A DNA stretch of 64,000 bases from a virus (lineage: Duplodnaviria > Heunggongvirae > Uroviricota > Caudoviricetes), in the IMG/VR virus record IMGVR_UViG_2651870364_000001, positions 1-64,000 of that record; one strand, 5' to 3'. Each line of letters starts with the position of its first letter. Within the stretch, counting starts at the first letter, position 1. Under the pieces are notes generated by a model. The model was given only the letters and a program-made list of their open reading frames with translations. It was not told the DNA's origin and made no database searches. The position numbers and the translations under genes were made by a program. Positions 39,274 through 49,213 of the stretch are shown in pieces.

Positions 39274-40350
39274 TTAGAGAAGTGCTCTTAACTTACTAAG
39301 AATTACTTCTACAGCCTGTTGCTGCTTCGGAGTGCAGTCAGCAACCATCTTACCAGCACCAAGGACGCTTTCAACGACTTCCTGAAGCTCATTAGTTCCA
39401 CCGAACTTATCAACGACCTTCTGGGCAACTTCCTGAATCTCATCCATAACCTCATCAAACGAGCGAGTCTCAGTTTCAAACTGCTTATCTCTTTCTGCTC
39501 TGCTTACCGGAGCAACACCCTCTACCTTCTCCTGACGGTCAAGAGCATCATAATAAGCCTTGATCAGGCTCTCAGCTGTATAATCCTCGATCTTAACGTC
39601 AAAATAATCATTACGTGTTCTTGCAAAGCAATGTCCCGGAGAACCAGCAAGAATCATTGAAGAATGAATTCTCTTTCCTGTAGCTTCATCTACTCCATTG
39701 CCCTCAACATAACCGATAATCTCTGAGTGATTAAGAATAATTGGAAGCATACGCTTCTTATCACCAACCGGAATAGCTGTTCCATCCTCGCCGATCGTAG
39801 CATGAAGAATGAAATGAACACAGAATCCTGAACCAATAATCTTCAGCATCTCGGATTCCCATTCATTCTGCAGCTCCTGCCATAAACCATAACCAGAGTT
39901 ACCTTCCTTGATCTTTGTTACCCCATTGGTCTGGCAAAGGAACTCTTCACAATACTTCCATGCGATTTCCATTTCATCGAGAATGATTGTCTGGAAGTGC
40001 TGATGCAGCTGCTCAAAGTTACGAGGATCAGTAAGGGTTGCGAAGAATCTCTTCAGATCTGCCCAGTTCTTAATCGGCTGGAACGGAATGTTATTAATTC
40101 CTGAAAGACCACTCTTACCAAAAGCAATGTAATAAGGCTTCTCCATCTTTACCGCAACCGGCGTTTTACCTACACCACCAAGTCCGTAAGATGTGATCAC
40201 AAGTCCATCGGTGGATTTTGCCACATGAGACACTTCGGGATTCAGAATAGCCTGGAGAGAGAATGGAAGAACCGGAGCTACTGTAGCTTCAGTATTTTCA
40301 ACGGCTTCCGTTGTCTCAATGTTTTCCGTATTAGTTTCTGTTGTTGCCAT
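39274..40350 (-). CDS. RecA-fold ATPase (AAA_24/Sak4-like recombination protein)
   Basis: Has a P-loop (SYGLGGVGKT). The size and the neighbouring helicase/primase are consistent with Sak4-like proteins. Confidence 0.45.
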   Translation of the reverse strand: MATTETNTENIETTEAVENTEATVAPVLPFSLQAILNPEVSHVAKSTDGLVITSYGLGGVGKTPVAVKMEKPYYIAFGKSGLSGINNIPFQPIKNWADLKRFFATLTDPRNFEQLHQHFQTIILDEMEIAWKYCEEFLCQTNGVTKIKEGNSGYGLWQELQNEWESEMLKIIGSGFCVHFILHATIGEDGTAIPVGDKKRMLPIILNHSEIIGYVEGNGVDEATGKRIHSSMILAGSPGHCFARTRNDYFDVKIEDYTAESLIKAYYDALDRQEKVEGVAPVSRAERDKQFETETRSFDEVMDEIQEVAQKVVDKFGGTNELQEVVESVLGAGKMVADCTPKQQQAVEVILSKLRALL

Positions 40351-40426
40351 ATTAATAATTCAACCTTTCTTTTTTAATAGTGTCACGAAAACTAATCAAT
40401 TTCCGTGACACTTACTACAGTTACGA

Positions 40427-41314
40427 TTAGAAGCCTAATGTACGACCCATCTTAGCTCCTGAAGGCTTAGACTGACTAGCTGGAGTAAAATTATTTCCAT
40501 TATGCTCTTCTTCAAGCCTTCTCTTACGCTCAGCAATAGCAGCATTAATTGTCTCAGAATTATATGGAGCAACAGGAGTGATGCCTTCCTCATAAGGCGC
40601 AACAGCGTTCTCAATAATCAGCTCTGTCTTATTGATAGTCTCAACCTTTTCCTTTGGCTTACCGATAACTACTGGAATCTGTGTAACCTTTGTCACACGG
40701 TTATTGCTGATCTTACCGAAGAACTTGGTCGTCTGTCCTGCAGCGAAGATCGACTGAATATCATTTGCAATATCTTCTGGGGCAATCAAAGTAAGAGGCT
40801 CAATTCCGTTATATGTAGGCATCCAACCAGTTACAACGGCACGACCGGTTACCATTCCCTTGGTATCTACTTCAGGAGCCACAGACTTAATAAACATCTC
40901 AACTTCGAACTCAGCCTTTGGCTCGAAATCTTCTGTCACACGATTAAAGAAATTAGACTTAAAACCAACTCTTGTTGTCATACTTCTTGCATCAGTGTAG
41001 AGGTTAATGTTGCCCTTTGTAATCCGAACTCGATCAGCATTTTCTTCGCCGACATCAGCGATACTCTTATAAGTGTCACGGATTGTTTCAAATCCCTTGT
41101 AAAGAGAATTCGGACTGCCATCCTTCTTTAAACGGTTGCAGTTCAGAGAGAACTTAATAAAACTAGTGTCTCCAGTCTTAACAGTGATATGACCTTTAAG
41201 ACCGATTACTTCCTGGGTCTTCGCATCCTTCTTATCCTGGAAATCCATCTCGGATACAAGCCCCTCGACGTTAACCTGATTCTCAGCCTCTCTTAAATTT
41301 GTCTCGTTACTCAT
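40427..41314 (-). CDS. Hypothetical protein, possibly ssDNA-binding
   Basis: A 295-aa ORF with a C-terminal acidic/Gly tail. Placement after the Sak4-like gene suggests SSB, but no motif supports this. Confidence 0.3.
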   Translation of the reverse strand: MSNETNLREAENQVNVEGLVSEMDFQDKKDAKTQEVIGLKGHITVKTGDTSFIKFSLNCNRLKKDGSPNSLYKGFETIRDTYKSIADVGEENADRVRITKGNINLYTDARSMTTRVGFKSNFFNRVTEDFEPKAEFEVEMFIKSVAPEVDTKGMVTGRAVVTGWMPTYNGIEPLTLIAPEDIANDIQSIFAAGQTTKFFGKISNNRVTKVTQIPVVIGKPKEKVETINKTELIIENAVAPYEEGITPVAPYNSETINAAIAERKRRLEEEHNGNNFTPASQSKPSGAKMGRTLGF

Positions 41315-41343
41315 AGTTAATAATTCCTTTCAATTAATTTTGA

Positions 41344-41553
41344 CTACTTATGGTATTTATAGAATCTGGAATCGTTATTAACGTCCAGAGATTCATCTTC
41401 CACTACTTTTATAACCATATAACTACCGCAATTGGGGCATTTGGCTAATTTAGTTGAATAACCCAAACCTTTATCATCCCATTTAATGGTAGCTTTATGC
41501 AGATCAAAAACGGTATTGCATTTTTGACAAAATTTTTGTTTGTTTACATTCAA
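41344..41553 (-). CDS. Small zinc-ribbon protein
   Basis: Contains CQKCNTVF...CPNCGS. Confidence 0.4.
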   Translation of the reverse strand: MNVNKQKFCQKCNTVFDLHKATIKWDDKGLGYSTKLAKCPNCGSYMVIKVVEDESLDVNNDSRFYKYHK

Positions 41554-41610
41554 AGATCTTTCCTCTCATTTCTATCCTCCAACTAGAATTACTACTAAAC
41601 CATGGTTACA

Positions 41611-41683
41611 TGTGCCTAATGGGATTCGAACCCACGACACCTCGATTAAAAGTCGAGTGCTCTGCCAACTGAGCTACAGGCAC
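41611..41683 (-). tRNA. tRNA-Lys (anticodon TTT)
   Basis: Folded manually. Acceptor stem GTGCCTG/TAGGCAC, D-arm GCTCAGTTGGCAGAGC, anticodon loop CTTTTAA, T-loop TTCGAAT. Length 73 nt. Confidence 0.8.
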
Positions 41684-41838
41684 TTAGAAATATTACCTTT
41701 CTCACTCTCTCCTAAAAGAGCGAGCTTTCACGACTATTCCACATTACATAGCCAATCTTAATGGACTCGTCCATCAGTGTTATATCAGTCCGAAAACTAT
41801 AGTGGGCAATAATAATTTAATATTAATTTTGTTTAAAA

Positions 41839-41914
41839 TAGACCTTCTGGGACTCGAACCCAGGACAGACACGGCTTATAAGGCCGCCGCTCTAACCAAC
41901 TGAGCTAAAGGTCC
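41839..41914 (-). tRNA. tRNA-Ile (anticodon TAT, reads AUA) - isotype tentative
   Basis: Cloverleaf has acceptor GGACCTT/AAGGTCT, D-arm GCTCAGTTGGTTAGAGC, anticodon stem GCGGC/GCCGT with loop CTTATAA, and T-arm CTGGG TTCGAGT CCCAG. Confidence 0.65.
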
Positions 41915-42213
41915 AAAAGTGGAATCCCAAACAATCTCACAGATTCCTGCTACGAGTTACCGTGCATCAGCCAAGCATCGGATTATCGTAGGTTTTTCGG
42001 TATTTTTTCATCACTAAGGCTTTTAGTGTTTTCCTCATGTTTCACGTTAGATTTTCGTACTAACAAGCTACAACTGTCGACTTAGTAGCAACGTTCAGTC
42101 CTAAATACTTAGGTTAGATTCCTCTGAATGCTATCTAACCTAATTTTAATCAGTTAATCTAATCAGTTAGTTAATGTAATCACTTAGTTAATCATTTGGT
42201 TTGCAAACCTGAG

Positions 42214-42285
42214 TAGCTCGAAGGAGAATCGAACCCCTGTCTCCACCGTGAAAGGGTGGCATCTTAACCACTTGACTATCGAGCC
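42214..42285 (-). tRNA. tRNA-Glu (anticodon TTC)
   Basis: Has acceptor GGCTCGA/TCGAGCT, anticodon stem CCACC/GGTGG with loop CTTTCAC, and T-loop TTCGATT. Confidence 0.75.
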
Positions 42286-42413
42286 ATGCTATTTGAACTA
42301 AGCTTTGGGATCCTATTCGAAATCAGATCCTTTGCTACGCGCGATTTTTTCGTTCTTCTTACAGCCAGGGGACGATGTCCCCTAACCGCAAAGGCTAATA
42401 GTTTAGCCCTAGA

Positions 42414-42485
42414 CTGGGGTACTCGGATTTGAACCGAGGAATTAGGGAGTCAAAGTCCCCTGCCTTACCGCTTGGCGATACCCCA
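42414..42485 (-). tRNA. tRNA-Gln (anticodon TTG)
   Basis: Has acceptor TGGGGTA/TACCCCA, anticodon loop CTTTGAC, and T-arm CTCGG TTCAAAT CCGAG. Confidence 0.75.
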
Positions 42486-42660
42486 TTACCCGGCTTTTCA
42501 GCCGGATAGAAAAATGTAGGAGGTATAATATCTACAGATTTAATTCTGTAGACTGCTGACAAAAGGATTTGCACCTTTACGAGATTGTACTTCTCTCCAG
42601 AGTTTCTCACTCCTGTGTCTACTTCCACCATGTCAGCAAATCAGATTCTTGAATCTGAGA

Positions 42661-42732
42661 TAACTCCAACGGGGATCGAACCCGTGTTACCGCCGTGAAA
42701 GGGCGATGTCTTAACCGCTTGACCATGGAGCC
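42661..42732 (-). tRNA. tRNA-Glu (anticodon TTC), second copy with G-U pairs at the acceptor end
   Basis: GGCTCCATGGTCAAGCGGTTAAGACATCGCCCTTTCACGGCGGTAACACGGGTTCGATCCCCGTTGGAGTTA. The loop is CTTTCAC and the T-arm is canonical. Confidence 0.7.
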
Positions 42733-42911
42733 TTGCGAAGAACTTAAGTCCTTCGACTTTTTAATAGTAACACCTTTTCCCTTGTTTGTCAACATATAAT
42801 TTTGACAGGTGTTTGTTAAATAGAAAACTGTCCGGAAGTCTTCTATTTCTTTTTCCTTACATTAACTATACTACACCACTTTGCATGATAAGTCAACTGT
42901 AATTTTGACTT

Positions 42912-43274
42912 CTATTTTAAAATGGTGAATTCTTGAGACCATTTTTTATCTTTACTTGTTAATCTATATACTATATCTGTTCCAATGTCTTGCAACTTCC
43001 GGATCTCCCAATATTCTTTATCAATTTGTAAATCCCTATCCATATCACCCATTATTTCGAGTTTTTCATCATCGTCATCCAGATCAGTTAATAAAAAAGT
43101 ACTCTGTAACCCTCCAATCATTTCATCATCTTCGTTTTTAAAGATAATGTTTAGATAGACTTCTGATTGTTTATTTATGATATTCCCTAAGTCTACTACG
43201 AAATCTGCCCATACCTTCACACTACAGTCGTTCATTACTTCTCTCCCTTTCATTTTATTATTTAGCATTAACAA
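42912..43274 (-). CDS. Hypothetical acidic protein
   Basis: A 120-aa ORF. Confidence 0.4.
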   Translation of the reverse strand: MLMLNNKMKGREVMNDCSVKVWADFVVDLGNIINKQSEVYLNIIFKNEDDEMIGGLQSTFLLTDLDDDDEKLEIMGDMDRDLQIDKEYWEIRKLQDIGTDIVYRLTSKDKKWSQEFTILK

Positions 43275-43812
43275 GGTTGATATGATGATTTTTTATTTCT
43301 TCATCCGTAAAATTCATCAATATTTTTTGCAAAGCTGCTTTGTCATAAGAAGTCGCAAAAATCTTCTCTGAATAGAAACCGTGACACTCACCGTCCTTAT
43401 CAAACTCGATTTCTCTGCCAACAATATAGTACTTCTCTTTCTGTTTTGAGTGTTTTAATGTATCTTTTAACTGCTTTTCTTTAAAGTCTTTCTTTTTCTG
43501 CTTCGGTTTTGAGCTGCTGATCTTAGAAAGTGATTCAAGATAATTATGGTCAAAAGAACTCAGAGAATGCCACGCTATTACGTTTATTCGCTCCATGCTT
43601 TTTTGACCATCAGCAGTATTTTTTCGACGGTACCAACACTTATGCTGATAATCATACACCGCTATCCCAGGGAATGGATCCCCCTGGATAGCACACGCAA
43701 AACAGTTCCATCCATTTTCATGAACATCTTCAGCGGATGGGAGCCTATCATAAATCCATTTGTTAATATCCATCACTGTCCCCGCATCAAACAACTGTTC
43801 TAGTACATTCAC
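43258..43812 (-). CDS. Hypothetical protein
   Basis: A 184-aa ORF with a Lys-rich linker. Confidence 0.4.
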   Translation of the reverse strand: MNVLEQLFDAGTVMDINKWIYDRLPSAEDVHENGWNCFACAIQGDPFPGIAVYDYQHKCWYRRKNTADGQKSMERINVIAWHSLSSFDHNYLESLSKISSSKPKQKKKDFKEKQLKDTLKHSKQKEKYYIVGREIEFDKDGECHGFYSEKIFATSYDKAALQKILMNFTDEEIKNHHINLVNAK

Positions 43813-43859
43813 ATTATAGCACCTTTTTATTTTTTGACAAGTGCAAAAACAGTTGTTTT

Positions 43860-44864
43860 TTATTTTCTTAAAGCAAATCCATATTTAGAAATAAATGTAC
43901 TCTTAACAATGTTCCTTCCAAACTGCTTTTTGATATATGCGATTCTTGTTCCATCATCAGTTGTAAGGAACTCTTCCCCACTAATTCCAAGCTTTTCACT
44001 TTCTGTGTTGATATAATGAATAATACCGCTATTAATCAAACTCATCTTATTGATTCCCACCGTGCCCAGCCACTTAAGGATCCGTACTAATCTGGTATAA
44101 ATTCTTCTACCCTTATTCAATAAATCCTTATCCGGGTCAGTCCCCCATACCCCAGGAAAATCGTTGATGATATACTGAGTTGGAACCAAGTTGATACTTT
44201 CAATAGTTTCACCAGTTAAAGGACTGTATACATAGGTTGTATCAGCTTCTAAAGCAAAATGATACAGTTCTTTACTAATCATTACGTCACGCTCTTTCTT
44301 GCTATCAGTAACATGTATTGTAATATTCTCTAGATCGTTGCAAGTGATATTTTTGGCTTCGGCAAGCGCAATCTCAAGATATTCTTTACCACAGATGCCT
44401 TCAAACAAGCAAAGAAGAATAAATGCATCACTTGGATTCTCTAATTGTTTAGCTAGATCCAGTACTTGCTCTCTTGTGATTACTGATTTCTCAACAATGA
44501 TCTGGAAAATACACTGTTGCAACTGCTGCCTATCGATGACTCTGAAATAATTGATGTTCGTTTTTACCATCATCTTACTTAAAGCCCAGTCTCCATATAA
44601 CGCTAAACGACTGTTTAAATTATACAGAGAATCAATTGAGGTCCAAACGTAATTTTTGTACATTTCAATGATTTCGAACTGGTTAAAGTCATAGACATCT
44701 TTACCGAATTTCTCTTCAAAGGGTTTACAAATATCAAATGCCCTTCCTAAACTTCCTTCCGGTGTTGTCGTGTTTGATTTCTTCCAACTAATGTAACGAT
44801 GTTTAATCTCGTTATTGTAATATTCTTTCTCTTCTTCAGTTTTATACTCTTCATTCATTGGCAT
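43860..44864 (-). CDS. Hypothetical protein
   Basis: A 334-aa ORF with no recognisable catalytic motif. Confidence 0.4.
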   Translation of the reverse strand: MPMNEEYKTEEEKEYYNNEIKHRYISWKKSNTTTPEGSLGRAFDICKPFEEKFGKDVYDFNQFEIIEMYKNYVWTSIDSLYNLNSRLALYGDWALSKMMVKTNINYFRVIDRQQLQQCIFQIIVEKSVITREQVLDLAKQLENPSDAFILLCLFEGICGKEYLEIALAEAKNITCNDLENITIHVTDSKKERDVMISKELYHFALEADTTYVYSPLTGETIESINLVPTQYIINDFPGVWGTDPDKDLLNKGRRIYTRLVRILKWLGTVGINKMSLINSGIIHYINTESEKLGISGEEFLTTDDGTRIAYIKKQFGRNIVKSTFISKYGFALRK

Positions 44865-44903
44865 AGGCTTTCGACCTCCCCTTTGAAAGTCTTATTTTAT
44901 TGT

Positions 44904-46217
44904 TCATTTTTCTTGCTGCTCCAGATTGTCTAAGATGTTTTCGAGTGCTCTTCGAGGAGCTTTTATTCTGAAGGCTTTATCATACTTTGGATCATTTTTA
45001 ATTAATTTAAGATATCGTTGGTACTTTTCTATCACTGTTTTTCTCTTAAGAGATGTATCATCTAATTTTTTCTTAACCAAATACATTAAAACAAACAACT
45101 CATAGAATAGTAATGTTCTATCAAGAGAAATGATTCCCTCGTCAAAGAGGTTCTCCAGTTCTTCAGCTATATCATTTTTGATTTTAACAAGTTCTGGTAT
45201 CTTATATTTTTTCTTGGAATTTATCCAGAGATACCCAATAATCGCTGAGAATTCAGCATAATCAATAACGCCATCATGCCGCTTAATTAACTGCCTATAG
45301 TTAAATTCCTTATCAGTAATCATTTTTTCAACGATTACATTTGCATTTGATCCAGTATCCATAGAAGCTTGATCAACCTTAGTCATATGAGTCTTCTTGT
45401 CTTCTTGGAAGATAAAGCTTCGAACCTCTTTATCCTGAAAATACAGGATCCTTAACTCGATGGGATAGTTAAAAGACGCATCTCTACCACGCATTTTTGC
45501 CATTGCCTGGTATCTATGATATCCATCAGAAATATCGAAGTGATCAAGGTCATTAATTATAAGTTCGTTCTTCTCAGAATCATATACAACAGATGCATTT
45601 TCGTCTTCATCCATTGGAATGTTCAAGGTAATTGTATTCGGGATAAAGGTTCCTCCAGCATATTCCTCCATAATGGAATCAACTGCAGTTTTATTTAAAC
45701 TAATCTCATAATATTCTTCTGTCCCTCGAATAACTCGCTTCATAACTCGCTGAGCATCGAAATTATAATTCAGCATACCATGCTTCTGCAGATTAATTAA
45801 AAACTCTACATCTGACACGCCAATCCACTGGGTTGCAGCGTTTGGATCTCCTTGAGTAACCGGGAAACACTTGATCCGTATAGGTCCTTTTATCTTCTCT
45901 ACATGATATTTTTCAGTAGAGTAATCTTTAATTTCTTTTTCTGTGAAAAACTCATTAACAATTGAACTCTGATTAAAATGGTCAATCGCATAAGCTGTAG
46001 CAAAAAGAAAAAAATTAGAAACAGAATCTAATCCTACTCCGCGAAAAAGATAATCAGCTATCTGGTCTCTCGGAATTTCAAACTGTCTTTGGACATAATC
46101 ACAAAGATCAATATTAAGATTTCCAGTGGATATACCACCATTTTTTGAAGCTATTGAATCAGCTGTTTCTTTTATTTTTTTATATAATTCTTCTCTTGTT
46201 TTAATCATAGCTGCCAC
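44904..46217 (-). CDS. DGQHR/DndB-like (ParB/Srx-fold) domain protein (tentative)
   Basis: Has an FDISDGYHRYQAM motif resembling the DGQHR motif of DndB-like proteins. Length 437 aa. Confidence 0.35.
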   Translation of the reverse strand: MAAMIKTREELYKKIKETADSIASKNGGISTGNLNIDLCDYVQRQFEIPRDQIADYLFRGVGLDSVSNFFLFATAYAIDHFNQSSIVNEFFTEKEIKDYSTEKYHVEKIKGPIRIKCFPVTQGDPNAATQWIGVSDVEFLINLQKHGMLNYNFDAQRVMKRVIRGTEEYYEISLNKTAVDSIMEEYAGGTFIPNTITLNIPMDEDENASVVYDSEKNELIINDLDHFDISDGYHRYQAMAKMRGRDASFNYPIELRILYFQDKEVRSFIFQEDKKTHMTKVDQASMDTGSNANVIVEKMITDKEFNYRQLIKRHDGVIDYAEFSAIIGYLWINSKKKYKIPELVKIKNDIAEELENLFDEGIISLDRTLLFYELFVLMYLVKKKLDDTSLKRKTVIEKYQRYLKLIKNDPKYDKAFRIKAPRRALENILDNLEQQEK

Positions 46218-46317
46218 TTCCCCTATTAATAAATAATTCTCACACCTATAATGTACAACAGAAAATATAATTTTGTCAATTAAAAAACCTAAAAACTGCC
46301 GGTTAGCATTTATTATG

Positions 46318-46860
46318 CTAGATCGTCCATGGTATAGACCGCACTAAATCACTAAGTTCATCAATTTCAGAATAATCTATAATGTCTGGATTCATAATTA
46401 GGATAGAATCACAATCCCAACCGTATAAATCGAAATATAAATCACGGTCTTCAGCTATTCCACGTACCTCGATAGCATCAATACCATCTGCTAACATTTT
46501 TTCGAAGTCAAGGCAAGTCCACTCCAATCGTACGTCTCCTGGTAATTTTTCCTTTGGAATTTTTGGTAAGGAATTTAAGTCTTCTGAACAATGGATTTCA
46601 ACAACATTCGCTCCCTTTTTAAGTGGAAAACTAATGTGCTTTTCATAACCTATCCATTTATCAAGCACTTTATGGTTATAATCTATCCAGTTAAATCCAT
46701 CCTTACAGTTTCGACTTGCCCAGAATCCTCCAGAAGGTTTTGTCATAGCAAATCTGTTTTTGATTGGTTCGATTTTCTTTCGATCAAAAAGATCCCCAAA
46801 ATGAATATAACGACCATCCCATTCTTTTGGAGGATCATAATAATTGTAATTAAGATTCAT
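46318..46860 (-). CDS. Hypothetical protein
   Basis: A 180-aa ORF. Confidence 0.4.
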   Translation of the reverse strand: MNLNYNYYDPPKEWDGRYIHFGDLFDRKKIEPIKNRFAMTKPSGGFWASRNCKDGFNWIDYNHKVLDKWIGYEKHISFPLKKGANVVEIHCSEDLNSLPKIPKEKLPGDVRLEWTCLDFEKMLADGIDAIEVRGIAEDRDLYFDLYGWDCDSILIMNPDIIDYSEIDELSDLVRSIPWTI

Positions 46861-46873
46861 AAAGTCACCTATT

Positions 46874-47872
46874 CTATTCTTCTATATTGCTAATAATTTT
46901 GCCCATAATATCTGCCGCTTTTCGCTTCTTCTCATCTCCACCTCTAATATACATCTTGGTAATTGTGGGACTGGAATGAGACATCATTTCCTGGACAAGT
47001 ACTATGTCCTTCGTTTGATTATACAACTGAGTCGCAAAAGTGGCTCTCAACTTATGGGGCGAAATCTTCTTACCAATGATCCGCTGTGAGAATCTCTCTA
47101 CTATCTCGCAGATACTCTGCTCTGATAGTCTATTTCCCTTTCTTGAAATAAACAAGGCATTTTTATCAGTTACTTCTATTTCATGAAGTTTTATCTTTCT
47201 ATCTTCTATCCACTCTTTTAATGCATCTAAAGTGTTTTGAGGAATCGGGTGATCAACAACTAAATGTCCCTTATCTGTAGCAGTAATCACAGCTTTCTCA
47301 AAGTTAACACTATTTACATCTAACTTATACACAGCTCCTTTACGGATTCCAGTAGTTAACATCACAAGAATTAAAGCTCTATCTCTTTTTTTCCATTTAG
47401 CTTGGACACTAACTGCGTGGTGAGTTCCAATTCCCGTATCGATTGTTTGAAGCAGTTTTTTAATTTCTGCTTTTGTTAAGTAATTCTTTTTTCTTTTCTC
47501 GATTGTTTCTTCTGTCTCAAACGGCTTTGGACGTTTAATTCTCTCCATTGCATAATCTTCATTTAGCCCACTTGCTTGAAGATAATAAGAAAACTTTTTT
47601 AATCCGGAATAAACAGCAATTCTATATGATGAAGTCTTAGTTCTTAGTGAAGCTAAATAATTAATATAATCATCGTATTTAATTTCTTTAACTGGCTTAC
47701 CACAATAATCAACAAAGACTACAACATAGCGCAAATACGCAAGAGCTGTAGTAATTGAACCATCCATCATTGAGTTAAAGAACCCTTCCAAGTACGGTTT
47801 GTCAGGGTTCTTCTCAAATATCTTATGCGCAGCTGACACTCGATTTTCTTCAAAAACTCGGTTTCCGTCCAT
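46874..47872 (-). CDS. int: Tyrosine recombinase / phage integrase
   Basis: Has C-terminal catalytic-region motifs (HKLRATFATQL...MSHSSPTITKMYIRG; R...HxxR...Y). Length 332 aa. Confidence 0.8.
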   Translation of the reverse strand: MDGNRVFEENRVSAAHKIFEKNPDKPYLEGFFNSMMDGSITTALAYLRYVVVFVDYCGKPVKEIKYDDYINYLASLRTKTSSYRIAVYSGLKKFSYYLQASGLNEDYAMERIKRPKPFETEETIEKRKKNYLTKAEIKKLLQTIDTGIGTHHAVSVQAKWKKRDRALILVMLTTGIRKGAVYKLDVNSVNFEKAVITATDKGHLVVDHPIPQNTLDALKEWIEDRKIKLHEIEVTDKNALFISRKGNRLSEQSICEIVERFSQRIIGKKISPHKLRATFATQLYNQTKDIVLVQEMMSHSSPTITKMYIRGGDEKKRKAADIMGKIISNIEE

Positions 47873-47888
47873 ATTCGCGACACCTCCT

Positions 47889-48695
47889 TTAGGCTTTGTC
47901 TTTTTGTATAGGTTTTCTTATCCAACTTATTGCTAACTGAGACGGCATAAAACCACTTTCATGCCCTGCAATAACATATTTATTCCAGAACTCTTTATCT
48001 CGCAATTCTTCTGGAGTATCAGCCAGCATCTGTTGATGTAATTTTATTATTTCCTTTTTCTTTTCCTCTAGTGCATGTTTACTTCGATCTGGATTAAAGT
48101 CAGAATCATCTCCCGGATAAGTGAGTCCCAATCTCTGTCCATCACAAAGTCGAACGGGGTCACCTGTTATTAAATCCATAAAGTAAAATGCAGTATCATA
48201 TTGACATATGCACATATATCTCCCAGTTTCTTTGTCTTTATATATGCCATCTTTAATCGGAACTGCTGTCATACGAGGATCATCATATATATATCCTTCT
48301 CGTTCAAGTCGTTCTGCTCTTTTAGTGCAATCCTCAAGAATTTTATGACTTTTTACATCTAAAACATAGCAATGCCCCCGATTGTCACGGTGACAAATGA
48401 CATAACTATGGAGACGAACACTATAGTCTCCGAATTTTGTAGGGACCGTTCCCCAAAAATCATCATAACGAGGGTTTTTATAGTAATCCTCGTCTGTTGT
48501 ATTAAAAAAAACAGAACATATCCAAATAAGTATCATTAACACTATAAAAGCTGGCACACAGTCTTTTATTAAACAACGTATCAAATAAATCAACGGACTG
48601 TCCCAGAATATCCATAACAATAAACCAATCAGTACAATAAATTCTGTCACCTCTAGGATAAATAGTTTTTCTTTTGATTTTTGACTTATTTTCAT
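47889..48695 (-). CDS. Hypothetical membrane protein (two N-terminal TM helices)
   Basis: Hydrophobic N-terminus (FIVLIGLLLWIFW...FIVLMILIWICSVFF). Confidence 0.45.
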   Translation of the reverse strand: MKISQKSKEKLFILEVTEFIVLIGLLLWIFWDSPLIYLIRCLIKDCVPAFIVLMILIWICSVFFNTTDEDYYKNPRYDDFWGTVPTKFGDYSVRLHSYVICHRDNRGHCYVLDVKSHKILEDCTKRAERLEREGYIYDDPRMTAVPIKDGIYKDKETGRYMCICQYDTAFYFMDLITGDPVRLCDGQRLGLTYPGDDSDFNPDRSKHALEEKKKEIIKLHQQMLADTPEELRDKEFWNKYVIAGHESGFMPSQLAISWIRKPIQKDKA

Positions 48696-48708
48696 ATCCC
48701 CCGCCTCG

Positions 48709-48960
48709 TTAATAAATGCTTTCTAATCCCTCTATAGCCTCCTCTATACTATTAACCACTTCGTCTAAAGTGTCAATAGCTTCTTCTGACTCTTCGCCTC
48801 GTGTACTTCCTTGAAGATTCTCTGGCATTGAATCATACGCATCTTGCTCTTCGTACATTACGTTCTGCACTTCACTTTTTATTCCATCAAGTTTCGTTGA
48901 AATTGTTGATATAATTTTTCTCCTTGCGTTATTCATTAAAAAAATTCCTTTCTTAAACAA
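48709..48960 (-). CDS. Hypothetical small acidic protein
   Basis: An 83-aa ORF. Confidence 0.35.
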   Translation of the reverse strand: MFKKGIFLMNNARRKIISTISTKLDGIKSEVQNVMYEEQDAYDSMPENLQGSTRGEESEEAIDTLDEVVNSIEEAIEGLESIY

Positions 48961-49154
48961 AAATCTCCATTTCTGATTTCCAACATTTTTTCTATTTTCT
49001 TACAGAAAGGGCACCAAATATCTTTGATGTGTCCTTTCTTTCGATTCTTGCATTTGCCTCTGGGAATAGGAAAAGATTTTCCACACTTAGGGCAAACACA
49101 ATAGCTAATCGTGAAGTTGCGTCTTCTTAGAGTTCGTGAAATGTACCTCACCAC
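48936..49154 (-). CDS. Small zinc-ribbon protein
   Basis: Contains CPKCGKSF...CPFCKK. Confidence 0.35.
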   Translation of the reverse strand: MVRYISRTLRRRNFTISYCVCPKCGKSFPIPRGKCKNRKKGHIKDIWCPFCKKIEKMLEIRNGDFCLRKEFF

Positions 49155-49213
49155 TTTCTATCTATTTAACTGTACCATTTATTGCAAATGATATCAACAT
49201 TTAATTCTGACTT

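Noticed and set aside
41930-42200. CRISPR array
   Set aside because: The repeats are only ~12 bp, imperfect and without spacers. No cas genes are present. They sit in a tRNA spacer.
42733-47880. Island integrated at the 3' end of a tRNA using the adjacent integrase
   Set aside because: The tRNA genes face the cluster with their 5' ends, not their 3' ends. No att-like direct repeat was found. It is kept only as a generic accessory cluster.
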